Assembly: GCA_046760505.1 (NCBI GenBank) | Contig: JBHIEG010000001.1 | Span: forward strand, 1-64,000 | DNA: 64,000 bases | Direction of reading: 5' to 3' | Source: Candidatus Hydrothermarchaeota archaeon | GTDB taxonomy: Archaea > CAYFZR01 | Shown here: piece by piece, positions 29,733 to 38,670 of the stretch | How positions within the stretch are numbered: position 1 is the stretch's first letter | Layout: every line of letters begins with the position of its first letter | Made by a program: the position numbers and the translations under genes | Notes under the pieces: generated by a model | Told to the model about the DNA's origin: nothing | What the model saw: the letters and a program-made list of their open reading frames with translations, nothing else | Database searches by the model: none

Positions 29733-30164
29733 GTGATACGTATGCCACAAAAACTGCGTACTATTTGTTGCGGATATGACCCCATCCTGGTGAGGGGTTA
29801 TGTAAGAACTGGAGAGCAAGCTCTGTGGATTTACATGCCGAAGGAGCTCTACCAGGAGATGAACGTACCAACAAACACACCAGTTGAGCTGACCCTCCAT
29901 AAAGTCTATGATTACGAAGGTAATGTGGTAGCGGAGCCAGAAAAGAAGTATACATGGAATACCTCTAACAACAGTGGAATGAGTATCGTAATCCCTGGTG
30001 AAGTAATCACCGAGTTCAAGTTAACAGCCTGGCACTATCTAGAGCTAACCATTGAGAAAATAGGCGGAAAAGATGTATACCCCGGGGAGACAAAGGAACA
30101 GATGTGGCCAATGGAAAAAATCAAGAATCCCACCTGGCCTTACAGACTAACCTACGTAGAATAA
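29733..30164 (+). CDS. Hypothetical protein with two AbrB-like repeats
   Basis: ALWIYMPKELYQEMNV..VELTL and MSIVIPGEVITEFKL..LELTI; BRE/TATA CGAAAACCTTATATA and GAGGTGA upstream. Confidence 0.65.
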   Translation: MIRMPQKLRTICCGYDPILVRGYVRTGEQALWIYMPKELYQEMNVPTNTPVELTLHKVYDYEGNVVAEPEKKYTWNTSNNSGMSIVIPGEVITEFKLTAWHYLELTIEKIGGKDVYPGETKEQMWPMEKIKNPTWPYRLTYVE

Positions 30165-30181
30165 AAAACAGGTAGTATCAA

Positions 30182-31411
30182 GTGACAAGAAGGAGAGAGC
30201 CAGACAGGGGAGAAGGAATATTCTCCTGGATGAGGATGGACGAACCCCCAGAGGAAAAGTGGAAAAGAATAGAGGAAGAGATCGCGGAGGAAGAAGGTAA
30301 AACCTGGGTAAAATTAACAGATCTTGACGCCAACCTGGCGGACCCTTTTTTTTCTTATATTTGGTTCTTGGAGGGTTATGAAGAATCATCCAATATGTAT
30401 CTTATAGAGGGTGATTATCTAACTCTCGTTGACACAGGAAACGACATCTATGCTTTCTTTGAGTTGTTTGAACTGGGTTTTAAAGCAGAGGATATAAAAA
30501 AGATTTTTTTAACCCATGCTCACAACGATCATACCTTAGGCTTGATGGAACTCATGACCCGCTACGGCACATTTAAAGATTTCGAAGTAATTGTACACAA
30601 CTCGATGTCTACGGGTCTTCTTCCAAGAGCCATAGAACAAATGGCTAGAGGGGGAAAGGTAACTGGAGTAGATACTGGAGATACGGTAAATCTGAGCGGT
30701 CTTGATTTCAAAGTAATCTATACCCCCGGACATACCCAAGATTGCATTTGTCTTTATCACGAAAAAACTCAAACCCTTTTTTCTGGGGACACAGTGCTTT
30801 CGTTTGGTCTACCAACCCCTGATGAACGGATTGGGGGCAACTTACAAGACTATCTATTTTCCCTCAGGATCCTGTTGGAAGTGGACGTGAAACATCTTCT
30901 ACCGGGTCATGGCTTTCCTGAGTTCTTTACGGGAAAAAATGATGTTATGGGTACCTACCATGGCGTGATTCTTTCTCTCATACCGGAAGGGAGCACATGG
31001 ACCGAGGGGGCCATGGAACTAATGAAAAAAAACCTGCCTCATGAAGCAATCTTCTGCCTAAATAAAGCATTAGAAAAAGACGCTAATAATATACAAGCTC
31101 TGGGGTTGAAGGGATCATGCCTCACAGAGATTGGAAGAAACGAAGAGGCAATAGAATGCTTCGACAAAATTTTAGAGATTAGGAAAGATGAGGGAGCATT
31201 TTATAGTAAGGGAATGGCTCTAATAAAACTCAAGAGGCATGAGGAGGCTTTGGAATCTTTTGATGAGGCTTTGAAGATAAATCCAAGCTTTGAAGAGGCA
31301 AATGTGGGCAAAGGAATTGCCTTAATGGAACTTGGAAGGGAAGAGGAAGCGATGAAAATAGAGGCTTTCAAAAAGGCATTTGAATTATCTAAAGATTTTA
31401 CGAGTAAATAG
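30182..31411 (+). CDS. Metallo-beta-lactamase-fold hydrolase fused to TPRs (paralog of 23339..24442)
   Basis: THAHNDH, TPGHT, LFSGDT, LLPGH plus TPRs. Confidence 0.88.
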   Translation: MTRRREPDRGEGIFSWMRMDEPPEEKWKRIEEEIAEEEGKTWVKLTDLDANLADPFFSYIWFLEGYEESSNMYLIEGDYLTLVDTGNDIYAFFELFELGFKAEDIKKIFLTHAHNDHTLGLMELMTRYGTFKDFEVIVHNSMSTGLLPRAIEQMARGGKVTGVDTGDTVNLSGLDFKVIYTPGHTQDCICLYHEKTQTLFSGDTVLSFGLPTPDERIGGNLQDYLFSLRILLEVDVKHLLPGHGFPEFFTGKNDVMGTYHGVILSLIPEGSTWTEGAMELMKKNLPHEAIFCLNKALEKDANNIQALGLKGSCLTEIGRNEEAIECFDKILEIRKDEGAFYSKGMALIKLKRHEEALESFDEALKINPSFEEANVGKGIALMELGREEEAMKIEAFKKAFELSKDFTSK

Positions 31412-31433
31412 GTTTAGATAAGGTATTCAGCCA

Positions 31434-32462
31434 TCATTTCTTATGAAACCTTGAAACTCTAATCATTTCCGATATGCTCTCGACAGGAGTTTCTGCAGGA
31501 ACAACACAGCTCGAACTCAAGATGAAATTCCTGTCGGCTATTCCTATTAGCCTTTCCGACTCTTCTCTCACTTTCTCTTTTCCTTTCATCAAAACGTTTG
31601 TCACATCCAAGTTACCCCAGAAAACAATGTCTTCCCTAATATCTCTTGGAGATATTGAAGACTCTACGCTAAGACAATCAGCACCGATCTTTTCCACCAT
31701 TTCTAGTATATTTCTGGCATCTCCACATATGTGCAATATGGTGGGGACATCTATATCGGCGATCAACTTTTTCAGATAAGGAAGACAGAATTCTTTAAAA
31801 TGTGTCGGTGATATCAACGTTGAACTCGGCTCTTTAATTAAAATGCCATGTGCTCCCTTCTCTTCTTGTGCTTTTGAATAACTAAGAGAATACTGATAGG
31901 AAAAATCAAGGATTTCCTTTGCAAAATCTGGATTCAGAATCAGGTCCTCCAAGAAAAGCTCTAATCCACGAATCCATGTTCCTGCTAACGTAAAAGGTCC
32001 CAGTACATCTCCGCAGACAAAAACGTCTTTTTTCTCAAGCATTAAAGTTAGGGGTTCAGCCCTCTCTTCATTGTAAGGATCTGGAACATCCAGATCTCCA
32101 AGCATTTTATTTTCTAAAGCAGGTTTCTCGATTGAAATAGATCCTCTCTCTGGAACTCTTAGTATCGTGCCCAATTCAGTTTCTAGTAGCAGATAGTTAG
32201 GGAATTTTTTAATGGAATTCTTTTCTTTTTCTGTAATGCCCTGGATGGTCTGATGATTCCATATCCAGTCGTATCCGAGACTTTCTTGGCAATAGATCTG
32301 GGCTCGAGCGTACATCTCGTTATTAAGTACGTATTCAAATGTGGATATGCCTGAATACTTGGATGCAAAGGCTATGTTAATCATTGGGGCAACAGGAATG
32401 AAATCTGGCTCTTCTTTGTTTAAAACGCTCATCATCCTCTCATGGGAGTTCAACTCTTTCAC
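31434..32462 (-). CDS. MtaA/CmuA (URO-D family) corrinoid methyltransferase
   Basis: PDFIPVAP, GPFTLA, ISPTHFKEF..PY, ILHICG, WGNLD, ILSSSCVVP.ETP. Confidence 0.87.
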   Translation of the reverse strand: MKELNSHERMMSVLNKEEPDFIPVAPMINIAFASKYSGISTFEYVLNNEMYARAQIYCQESLGYDWIWNHQTIQGITEKEKNSIKKFPNYLLLETELGTILRVPERGSISIEKPALENKMLGDLDVPDPYNEERAEPLTLMLEKKDVFVCGDVLGPFTLAGTWIRGLELFLEDLILNPDFAKEILDFSYQYSLSYSKAQEEKGAHGILIKEPSSTLISPTHFKEFCLPYLKKLIADIDVPTILHICGDARNILEMVEKIGADCLSVESSISPRDIREDIVFWGNLDVTNVLMKGKEKVREESERLIGIADRNFILSSSCVVPAETPVESISEMIRVSRFHKK

Positions 32463-32508
32463 GATCTAAGTTTTAAATCTCAGGAGTTATATTAAGTTTG
32501 GGAATAAC

Positions 32509-33591
32509 ATGCGGAAAATCGGTATGAGAAAAGGCAAGCGTAGGGCAATAAACACGGTGGGTGAGATAAGTAAAGTTTTCGAAAAATCAGCTCATGAAAA
32601 ACGGTACGAAATAGAGATTAAAAAAATCCATGACAAAAATCCCCTTTGTAGATTAGTATGCGATCACGAAATAGGAGATAAAATGGAAAGAATTATTTAC
32701 CTGGTTCTTTTTCCATGGAGGGCAGAATTAGAGAGAGAAAATTTTGAGAAAGATGTTTACACATTGCTGAGATTAGAGAATGAGGAGTTAGAAGGGGCTC
32801 AAAGACACATGTACTTCCAATCCATCCAAGGTAAGTATCCTATTAGGAGCATGGAACTCTGGCTAGATAACAGAGGCCGGGCAAGACAAATTTCGAGAGA
32901 AGAAATATATTATTTCACCCTTATAGATAAGAAAAAGGAATTTTTCGAGAGATATGAAAGAGGAGCAATACCACCTAGGTTAAGTAAAGGTAAAAGAAGT
33001 GAGCCTGATATGGTGAGCGAGAAAAGAATCAGAAGTTTTATTGATATGTCTGAGAAATGGAGCGCAGACATAGTTTTAGACGTTGCAGCGGGTGTTAAAG
33101 ATTACATAAAAAAACTAATTGAAAGAAATTTTTTCGTAATTTGTGCTAACATTTCTTTTTCCTCACTAAAGAGCGTAAGAGACTCTTTTTCCGAAAAAAA
33201 TCTTGCCTTCTTAGTTTATGATGCCGATAAACGCTTGCCCTTCAAAGAGAACTCGTTTAACTACGTAATCTGCGATGCAGTCCTTGAGTATCTTCTCGAC
33301 CCAGTCTCATTCATCCGGCAAATTTCTGACTTACTACCATACGGCGGAGAGATGCTTCTCCTTGAGCCCATTAGATCAAAAGTAAAAGATGATTTCTATC
33401 CTCAGGATATGTGGGAGCTTGCCTTGTGGAGACCTTTGTACGATCCTCATTTCAACTTCGAAATTGTTCAGGAAAACCTTAAAAAATCTGGTTTTGAAGT
33501 AATAGAGAGAAGAGAGCTGGAATTTAGTTATTCTATATATGATGAGGAATTTTTCAGACAATCCATTTCCAGATGCCTTAAGATGGATTAA
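32509..33591 (+). CDS. Class I SAM-dependent methyltransferase-like protein with an extra N-terminal domain
   Basis: VLDVAAG, YDADKRLPFKENSFNYVIC..VLEY, LLPYGGE. Confidence 0.75.
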   Translation: MRKIGMRKGKRRAINTVGEISKVFEKSAHEKRYEIEIKKIHDKNPLCRLVCDHEIGDKMERIIYLVLFPWRAELERENFEKDVYTLLRLENEELEGAQRHMYFQSIQGKYPIRSMELWLDNRGRARQISREEIYYFTLIDKKKEFFERYERGAIPPRLSKGKRSEPDMVSEKRIRSFIDMSEKWSADIVLDVAAGVKDYIKKLIERNFFVICANISFSSLKSVRDSFSEKNLAFLVYDADKRLPFKENSFNYVICDAVLEYLLDPVSFIRQISDLLPYGGEMLLLEPIRSKVKDDFYPQDMWELALWRPLYDPHFNFEIVQENLKKSGFEVIERRELEFSYSIYDEEFFRQSISRCLKMD

Positions 33592-33675
33592 TTGGGTTAG
33601 CAACTAAATCATAGTTATATTTTAGAAATCATACCGTTAACATTATATTCTCAAAACAAAGAAAAGTTATCAAGC

Positions 33676-34857
33676 GTGATAACAATGCTTGGGGTCGTTG
33701 ATGTTTCTTATTATAGTGAGGTTAAAGAATTAGAGAGTATTCGTCTCTTATACCAATATAATGCCAGTTTATGGGACAGATGGGCCAAGCATGTTAGAAA
33801 AGGAGGAAAAGTTGTTGGAACCTTAGCATGTCCTCCAACAGAATTACTGAATGCTTATGATGTATTTACCATAGTCTACAAGAGGCGTGAAGACCTGAAT
33901 AGAGCGATCATAAAGGGAGACTACGAATTGAAGAAGTGGATCAGTCACTTTGGCGTGGGAGAATGTATCTGTCGCAACATAAGTGGGGGAGCAGGATCTC
34001 CAATTCTTGGCGCTTCTCCTGGTTATAATCTTGTAGTTACAGATTTCGTTGAAAAAGTACCGGAATGGTACTATTTTTTAAAAAAAATTGGCAACGAATG
34101 GAATTTTGAATTTTTAGAAATTGAAAGAGGTCTGAGCAGGAGAGAGAGGGAAGAGATTATCTACGATAGGTTGCTCTATTTGAATGATTTGTTAATTCAA
34201 TTAACAGGTGAGAAGGTCTCCGAAGACAGGATAGTCGAGAGTTGCGAAATGACAAACGAGATTAGTTTAGTATTCCAAGAAATCGATACGCTTATAAGAA
34301 AATCTCATCCTCTGAGGAGTTTTGATGTCTACAACCTCAAGGTCATATGCACGGATTATGTTGGCGGCGAAGTTGATGCAATCTTGGACTTGTGCTATCG
34401 TTTGATAGAGGAACTGAAAACCAAGTTAAAAGAGGCAGAAAGAAGAGAGGCAAAAAGACTTCTTCTTGTAGGGGGATTCAGAAACGAATTTTTGGAGCCA
34501 ATAGAGCGTAATGGCGGTATTGTTACAGCGGCATGGCCATATCAACGGTTTACATCTCATAGAACCCCAATTAAAATAAGATCTGACGTATTCAGGTCAC
34601 TCGCCAGATGGATATCCAATCACTCTGGAATAGGAACACCTAGAGAAGACGCTTTGGATATGAAGGATATGATAAAAACCTACGAAATCGATGGAGTTAT
34701 ATACCACAAGCAGTGTCCCTTCGGGATTAAAGCGGTATACGAATCCTACAAGGATATAAGGGATTCAATAAAAATTCCATTCCTCACCATAAACCCTGAA
34801 GAGTGCAACGTTGAGAACAAAATTCGAGAATTTCTGCTTGCTCTACATGAAACCTGA
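33676..34857 (+). CDS. 2-hydroxyacyl-CoA dehydratase (HgdA/B, BcrB/C) family subunit, divergent
   Basis: GGKVVGTLACPPTELL.A, CIC, LTGEKVSEDRI, RLLLVG, IERNGG.V, IDGVIYHKQC, IPFLTI. Confidence 0.75.
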   Translation: MITMLGVVDVSYYSEVKELESIRLLYQYNASLWDRWAKHVRKGGKVVGTLACPPTELLNAYDVFTIVYKRREDLNRAIIKGDYELKKWISHFGVGECICRNISGGAGSPILGASPGYNLVVTDFVEKVPEWYYFLKKIGNEWNFEFLEIERGLSRREREEIIYDRLLYLNDLLIQLTGEKVSEDRIVESCEMTNEISLVFQEIDTLIRKSHPLRSFDVYNLKVICTDYVGGEVDAILDLCYRLIEELKTKLKEAERREAKRLLLVGGFRNEFLEPIERNGGIVTAAWPYQRFTSHRTPIKIRSDVFRSLARWISNHSGIGTPREDALDMKDMIKTYEIDGVIYHKQCPFGIKAVYESYKDIRDSIKIPFLTINPEECNVENKIREFLLALHET

Positions 34858-34867
34858 AGGGCTCTTG

Positions 34868-36373
34868 ATGGAAAAAATCAAGGTCAAATTCATTGGAGAC
34901 TCCCTGAGAAATCCAGTATCTGTCAAGGTAAAACGAGGGACCTCAGTTCTAGATGCAGCAATCAAAGGAGGAGTAGAAATTGATGCTCCGTGTGGTGGAA
35001 AAAATAGGTGCGGAAAATGCATCGTTAAGGTAAACTCTCAGCGTGTTCTGGCTTGCTCCACCAAGATCTTTCATGATATCATTGTAGAAGTAGAGAGCCA
35101 AACTGCTAGAATTTTAAAAGATCTCGCTATATCGAATTTTGAGGTAAACCATTCTTTTCGCATTAAAAATTTGGATGGTTCATCTGTTTTGATGAGAGAT
35201 GGAGAGATATTGGGATATACCAACGATTTATACGGAGTTTCACTTGATATAGGAACTACAACTCTCTCGGGATATCTTGTAGACCTTAAAAATGGAGTTC
35301 TAATGGATAAAAAATCCATTACCAATCCTCAAGTATCCTTTGGTGCTGATGTGATATCAAGAATTTCCTACGCAATAAAAAACGGAAGGCATGAGCTCAC
35401 TAATTTTCTTCTAAAAGGTATCAATCAACTCATAAGAGAACTCTGCAAGAATGATGTTGACCCCAGTAGTATTTACTACTCTACCGTTGTGGGGAATTCA
35501 GTTATGCATCATTTTTTACTTGGTCTAGACACCAAGAATCTTGGTTTTTATCCGTACAAACCCCTCATTAAAAAAGGCACAGAAAAAAAAGCAAAGGACA
35601 TTGGAATAAGTATAAACCCCTCAGGATACGTATATTTCTTGCCCCTAGTCAACGGCCACGTGGGTAGCGATGCCCTGGGCATGATCATCGCTCTTGAGAT
35701 TCATAAATCAAATGAAACCTGTTTGGCGATAGATCTCGGAACCAATGGCGAGATCATTATAGGCAATAAGAAGAAAATACTCGCTTGTTCTTCCGCGGCA
35801 GGTCCTGCTTTCGAGGGCACCAATATTTCAAGCGGCATGAGGGCTACTGACGGTGCAATAGAACGTGTATGGAAAAATTTTGGATACAAAACCATAGGTA
35901 ATAAACCAGCAAGGGGAATATGCGGCTCTGGCTTAATAGATGCGATTGCTGAAATGCTAAAATCTGGCATAATAAATAGAAATGGAAAGTTGCTTAAGGA
36001 ATTCAGCATTGGAGGGATCAGAATAACCCAGAGAGATATAAGGGAATTCCAACTTGCAAAGGCAGCTATTAGAACAGGAATAGACATCCTTGTAAACATG
36101 CTTGAACCTCCAAAAAAAATTTACATTTCCGGGGCTTTTGGTAACTATATAGATAGAGAAAACGCAATTTACTTGGGCTTGCTCCCTCAATCCAAGCATA
36201 TATTCTATGCAGGAAATGCAGCTGGTCTTGGGGCGATTAAATCTATGTTGTCCGATTCGATAAAAAAAGAGGCTGAAGAAATTGCGGAAAAAATTGAATA
36301 CATAGAGTTATCTACTCAACCGGAGTTTGAATCGATATTCATGAAGAACATAAGGTTCGGAGAATATGCTTAG
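34868..36373 (+). CDS. ATP-dependent reductive activator of corrinoid proteins (RACE/RamA-like, DUF4445 ASKHA) with N-terminal [2Fe-2S] domain
   Basis: CGGKNRCGKC...LAC; DIGTTT; NPQ..FGADVISRI; DLGTNGE; AAGPAFEG; GICGSG; TQRDIREFQLAKAAI. Confidence 0.92.
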   Translation: MEKIKVKFIGDSLRNPVSVKVKRGTSVLDAAIKGGVEIDAPCGGKNRCGKCIVKVNSQRVLACSTKIFHDIIVEVESQTARILKDLAISNFEVNHSFRIKNLDGSSVLMRDGEILGYTNDLYGVSLDIGTTTLSGYLVDLKNGVLMDKKSITNPQVSFGADVISRISYAIKNGRHELTNFLLKGINQLIRELCKNDVDPSSIYYSTVVGNSVMHHFLLGLDTKNLGFYPYKPLIKKGTEKKAKDIGISINPSGYVYFLPLVNGHVGSDALGMIIALEIHKSNETCLAIDLGTNGEIIIGNKKKILACSSAAGPAFEGTNISSGMRATDGAIERVWKNFGYKTIGNKPARGICGSGLIDAIAEMLKSGIINRNGKLLKEFSIGGIRITQRDIREFQLAKAAIRTGIDILVNMLEPPKKIYISGAFGNYIDRENAIYLGLLPQSKHIFYAGNAAGLGAIKSMLSDSIKKEAEEIAEKIEYIELSTQPEFESIFMKNIRFGEYA

Positions 36374-36980
36374 GGAGGCAATTGTAGAAGGGAAAATCAA
36401 TGAGATAGAGGAAATAATAAGAGATCTTTTAAAAAGTGAGAATCCAAACTCAATACTAAAAGAAATGATCAAAGCGATGGAAATAGTAGGAGATTTGTTT
36501 GAAAAAAAAGAGTATTACGTTCCAGAAGTCCTTCTTTCTGCCCATACAATGCAGAAAGGTCTAAACATCTTAAAACCCCATTTAGTTGTAGAAGAAGTTA
36601 ATGTCCCGGGAAAGGTGCTCATAGGATCTGTCGAGGGAGACGTCCATGATATAGGAAAAAATCTTGTAGCGATGTTTTTAGAGGGATCAGGCTTTGAAGT
36701 CCATGATTTAGGTAGGGATGTGCCCATATCGAAGTTCATCGAGAAAACAAAGGAAATTGAGCCTGATATTTTGGCCCTTTCAGCCCTCATGACAACCACA
36801 ATGGAAAAGATGAGGGAGACAATAGAGAGACTCAGAAAAGAGGGATTGAGAGAAAAGGTTAAGGTAATAGTGGGTGGAGCATCTGTTACAGAAGAGTTCG
36901 CTAAAGAAATAGGGGCTGATGGATATGCTGAAGATGCAGTCAAGGCAGTTAGCCTTTGCGAGAAGTTAATGAAAGGTTGA
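36366..36980 (+). CDS. Methyltransferase cognate corrinoid protein (MtaC/MtbC-like)
   Basis: EGDVHDIGKNLV, DLGRDVP, SALMTTTM, VIVGGA, IGADGYAEDA. Confidence 0.95.
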   Translation: MLREAIVEGKINEIEEIIRDLLKSENPNSILKEMIKAMEIVGDLFEKKEYYVPEVLLSAHTMQKGLNILKPHLVVEEVNVPGKVLIGSVEGDVHDIGKNLVAMFLEGSGFEVHDLGRDVPISKFIEKTKEIEPDILALSALMTTTMEKMRETIERLRKEGLREKVKVIVGGASVTEEFAKEIGADGYAEDAVKAVSLCEKLMKG

Positions 36981-36991
36981 ATTTTTAAGTA

Positions 36992-37957
36992 TCACCCAGA
37001 AGAGTCAGCGAGCCTTCCAGCCTCTACGAAGATTTTGAGTCTTTCTGGAGGAGTATCCATCCTTATATGAGACCCTGTGCTCAGAATAAACCCTTTTTTA
37101 CCGATTTTGTGGACTAGATCCGATACCTCATTTACAATACCGTTTTTTTCCTGTCTAATTAATCTTTCAGGGCTATAATTTCCCATTATCGGTCTTTTTT
37201 TTATCTTTGAAATATCGGTATGCTCAGAAAAACTGGGTACTGACCTTAGAGATAAGAATTCTCTCATTATCGGGCTAGGGTCTCCACAAATGTGCAATAT
37301 CGCGTCTCCCTTAATTTTCTTTAGGATTTTTTTTTGAAAAGGATAGGAATACCTCTTATATACCTGAGAAGAGATGATATCGGGATTCGATGCTGAGTCT
37401 AAAATGAATATAGCGTCTGCGTAGTCTAATTGGACGTTAGCACAGTTTGATACAAATTCAGCAGATATTTTCAACCACTCTTTTACCATATCTGGCTCTG
37501 AGAGTATTTTTATCAAAAAATCCTCCAGTTCAAACATCCATGTCGCGCAGAATGTAAATGGTCCCAGTACTGTGCCGCATATAAACCCTGAGGTTCTTTT
37601 CCTTAAATCTTCTAGCACTTTGTTTCTTAAATCATAAAATTCAAAACTAGAGTTATGTTTAGAGACCCACGGATACCCTTTCTTTGGTACGGTTATTTGA
37701 ATTCCCAATTCAGTTTCAAATATCATATTGTCTCCAGCTATTTTTCCTTCAAAAGCAAACTCGTAGAACCAGTCTTTCCATAGCCAGTCGTAGCCGAAGT
37801 AATTTTTGGATTCGATCAAAATGTCCGCGTATACTTTAGGGTTGTTTAGGACTTTTCTTAGATCAATTCCCATTGCTGAAGCCAGATAACCAACATCCAC
37901 CAATGGCGCTACCGGTAACTTTTCGTTCCTGTTATTTATAGCATCCTTCAGACTCAT
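36992..37957 (-). CDS. Second URO-D/MtaA-family methyltransferase
   Basis: LPVAP, FGYDWLW, ETELG, GPFTF, ILHICG, ILSTGSHI..DTP; the upstream part of the track ORF is probably not coding. Confidence 0.82.
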   Translation of the reverse strand: MSLKDAINNRNEKLPVAPLVDVGYLASAMGIDLRKVLNNPKVYADILIESKNYFGYDWLWKDWFYEFAFEGKIAGDNMIFETELGIQITVPKKGYPWVSKHNSSFEFYDLRNKVLEDLRKRTSGFICGTVLGPFTFCATWMFELEDFLIKILSEPDMVKEWLKISAEFVSNCANVQLDYADAIFILDSASNPDIISSQVYKRYSYPFQKKILKKIKGDAILHICGDPSPIMREFLSLRSVPSFSEHTDISKIKKRPIMGNYSPERLIRQEKNGIVNEVSDLVHKIGKKGFILSTGSHIRMDTPPERLKIFVEAGRLADSSG

Positions 37958-38116
37958 GCTTTTCAATGATATGCCTCTTTTTATTTTTTGGTTTATTATA
38001 TTTACTGAAGGGAAGTTTTTTATAATCTTAGATGAAAACCCTTCGTGCCCCTTAAAAAAGAAAGATATGTGGAGCACGAAAAACAAAATAAGTAAAAACA
38101 CACAAGTATAAGTAGA

Positions 38117-38506
38117 ATGGAGAATAAGATAAAAAGCAATGAGACAAGAAGTAATAAAACAGACGAAAGCGATATGAAGAAGAATATGATAAATAAAGAT
38201 AGAATACAAGACCGAACAGCTATTGAATGGTATGAAATAGGATCTTCACTCTACAACTCCGGTAAATATGAGGAGGCGATAATCTGTTTTGATATTGCAC
38301 TTAAAATAAATCCTGAACACTATCCTTCTTTAAACGGTAAGGGAAAGGCCTTGGTTCAACTTGGAAAATTCAGAGAATCACTGGTTTTTTTCGGTAAAGC
38401 GCTTGAAATCTTTCCCGAACTCGAAGATGCAAAGCTATATAAAAAACTAGCCTTGAAAGAACTGTACAAAATCTACCAAAAAGGCTCTTGCAGGTCTGTA
38501 GAATGA
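38117..38506 (+). CDS. Small TPR protein (paralog of 22742..23065)
   Basis: WYEIG..LYNSGKYEEAI.CFD.AL.INP; C-terminal ALKELY..Y...SCR. Confidence 0.8.
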   Translation: MENKIKSNETRSNKTDESDMKKNMINKDRIQDRTAIEWYEIGSSLYNSGKYEEAIICFDIALKINPEHYPSLNGKGKALVQLGKFRESLVFFGKALEIFPELEDAKLYKKLALKELYKIYQKGSCRSVE

Positions 38507-38670
38507 GATGGATTGATTGGGAGAATTAATTTCTCCAATTAAAGAGTTATGTTGAGTAAAATGAGTTCTCACCACCCCTTACAGAATTAAGTTAGTTTAT
38601 CAAAACCGTTATATATTTACTTGCAAAAATATACAAATCTCAAAAAATAGCCTATGGGAGGGTTCACTGA

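Noticed and set aside
23559-31182. Paralog repeat as a diversity-generating retroelement TR/VR pair
   Set aside because: No reverse transcriptase; the single mismatch is C/G rather than adenine-specific; both copies lie in intact genes
37958-38209. Hydrophobic N-terminal extension of the 405-aa URO-D ORF
   Set aside because: It is the antisense of an A-rich intergenic region and the TPR gene; family similarity begins at MSLKD
38515-38542. Imperfect hairpin after the TPR gene
   Set aside because: Possibly a terminator, but short and imperfect, with no further support
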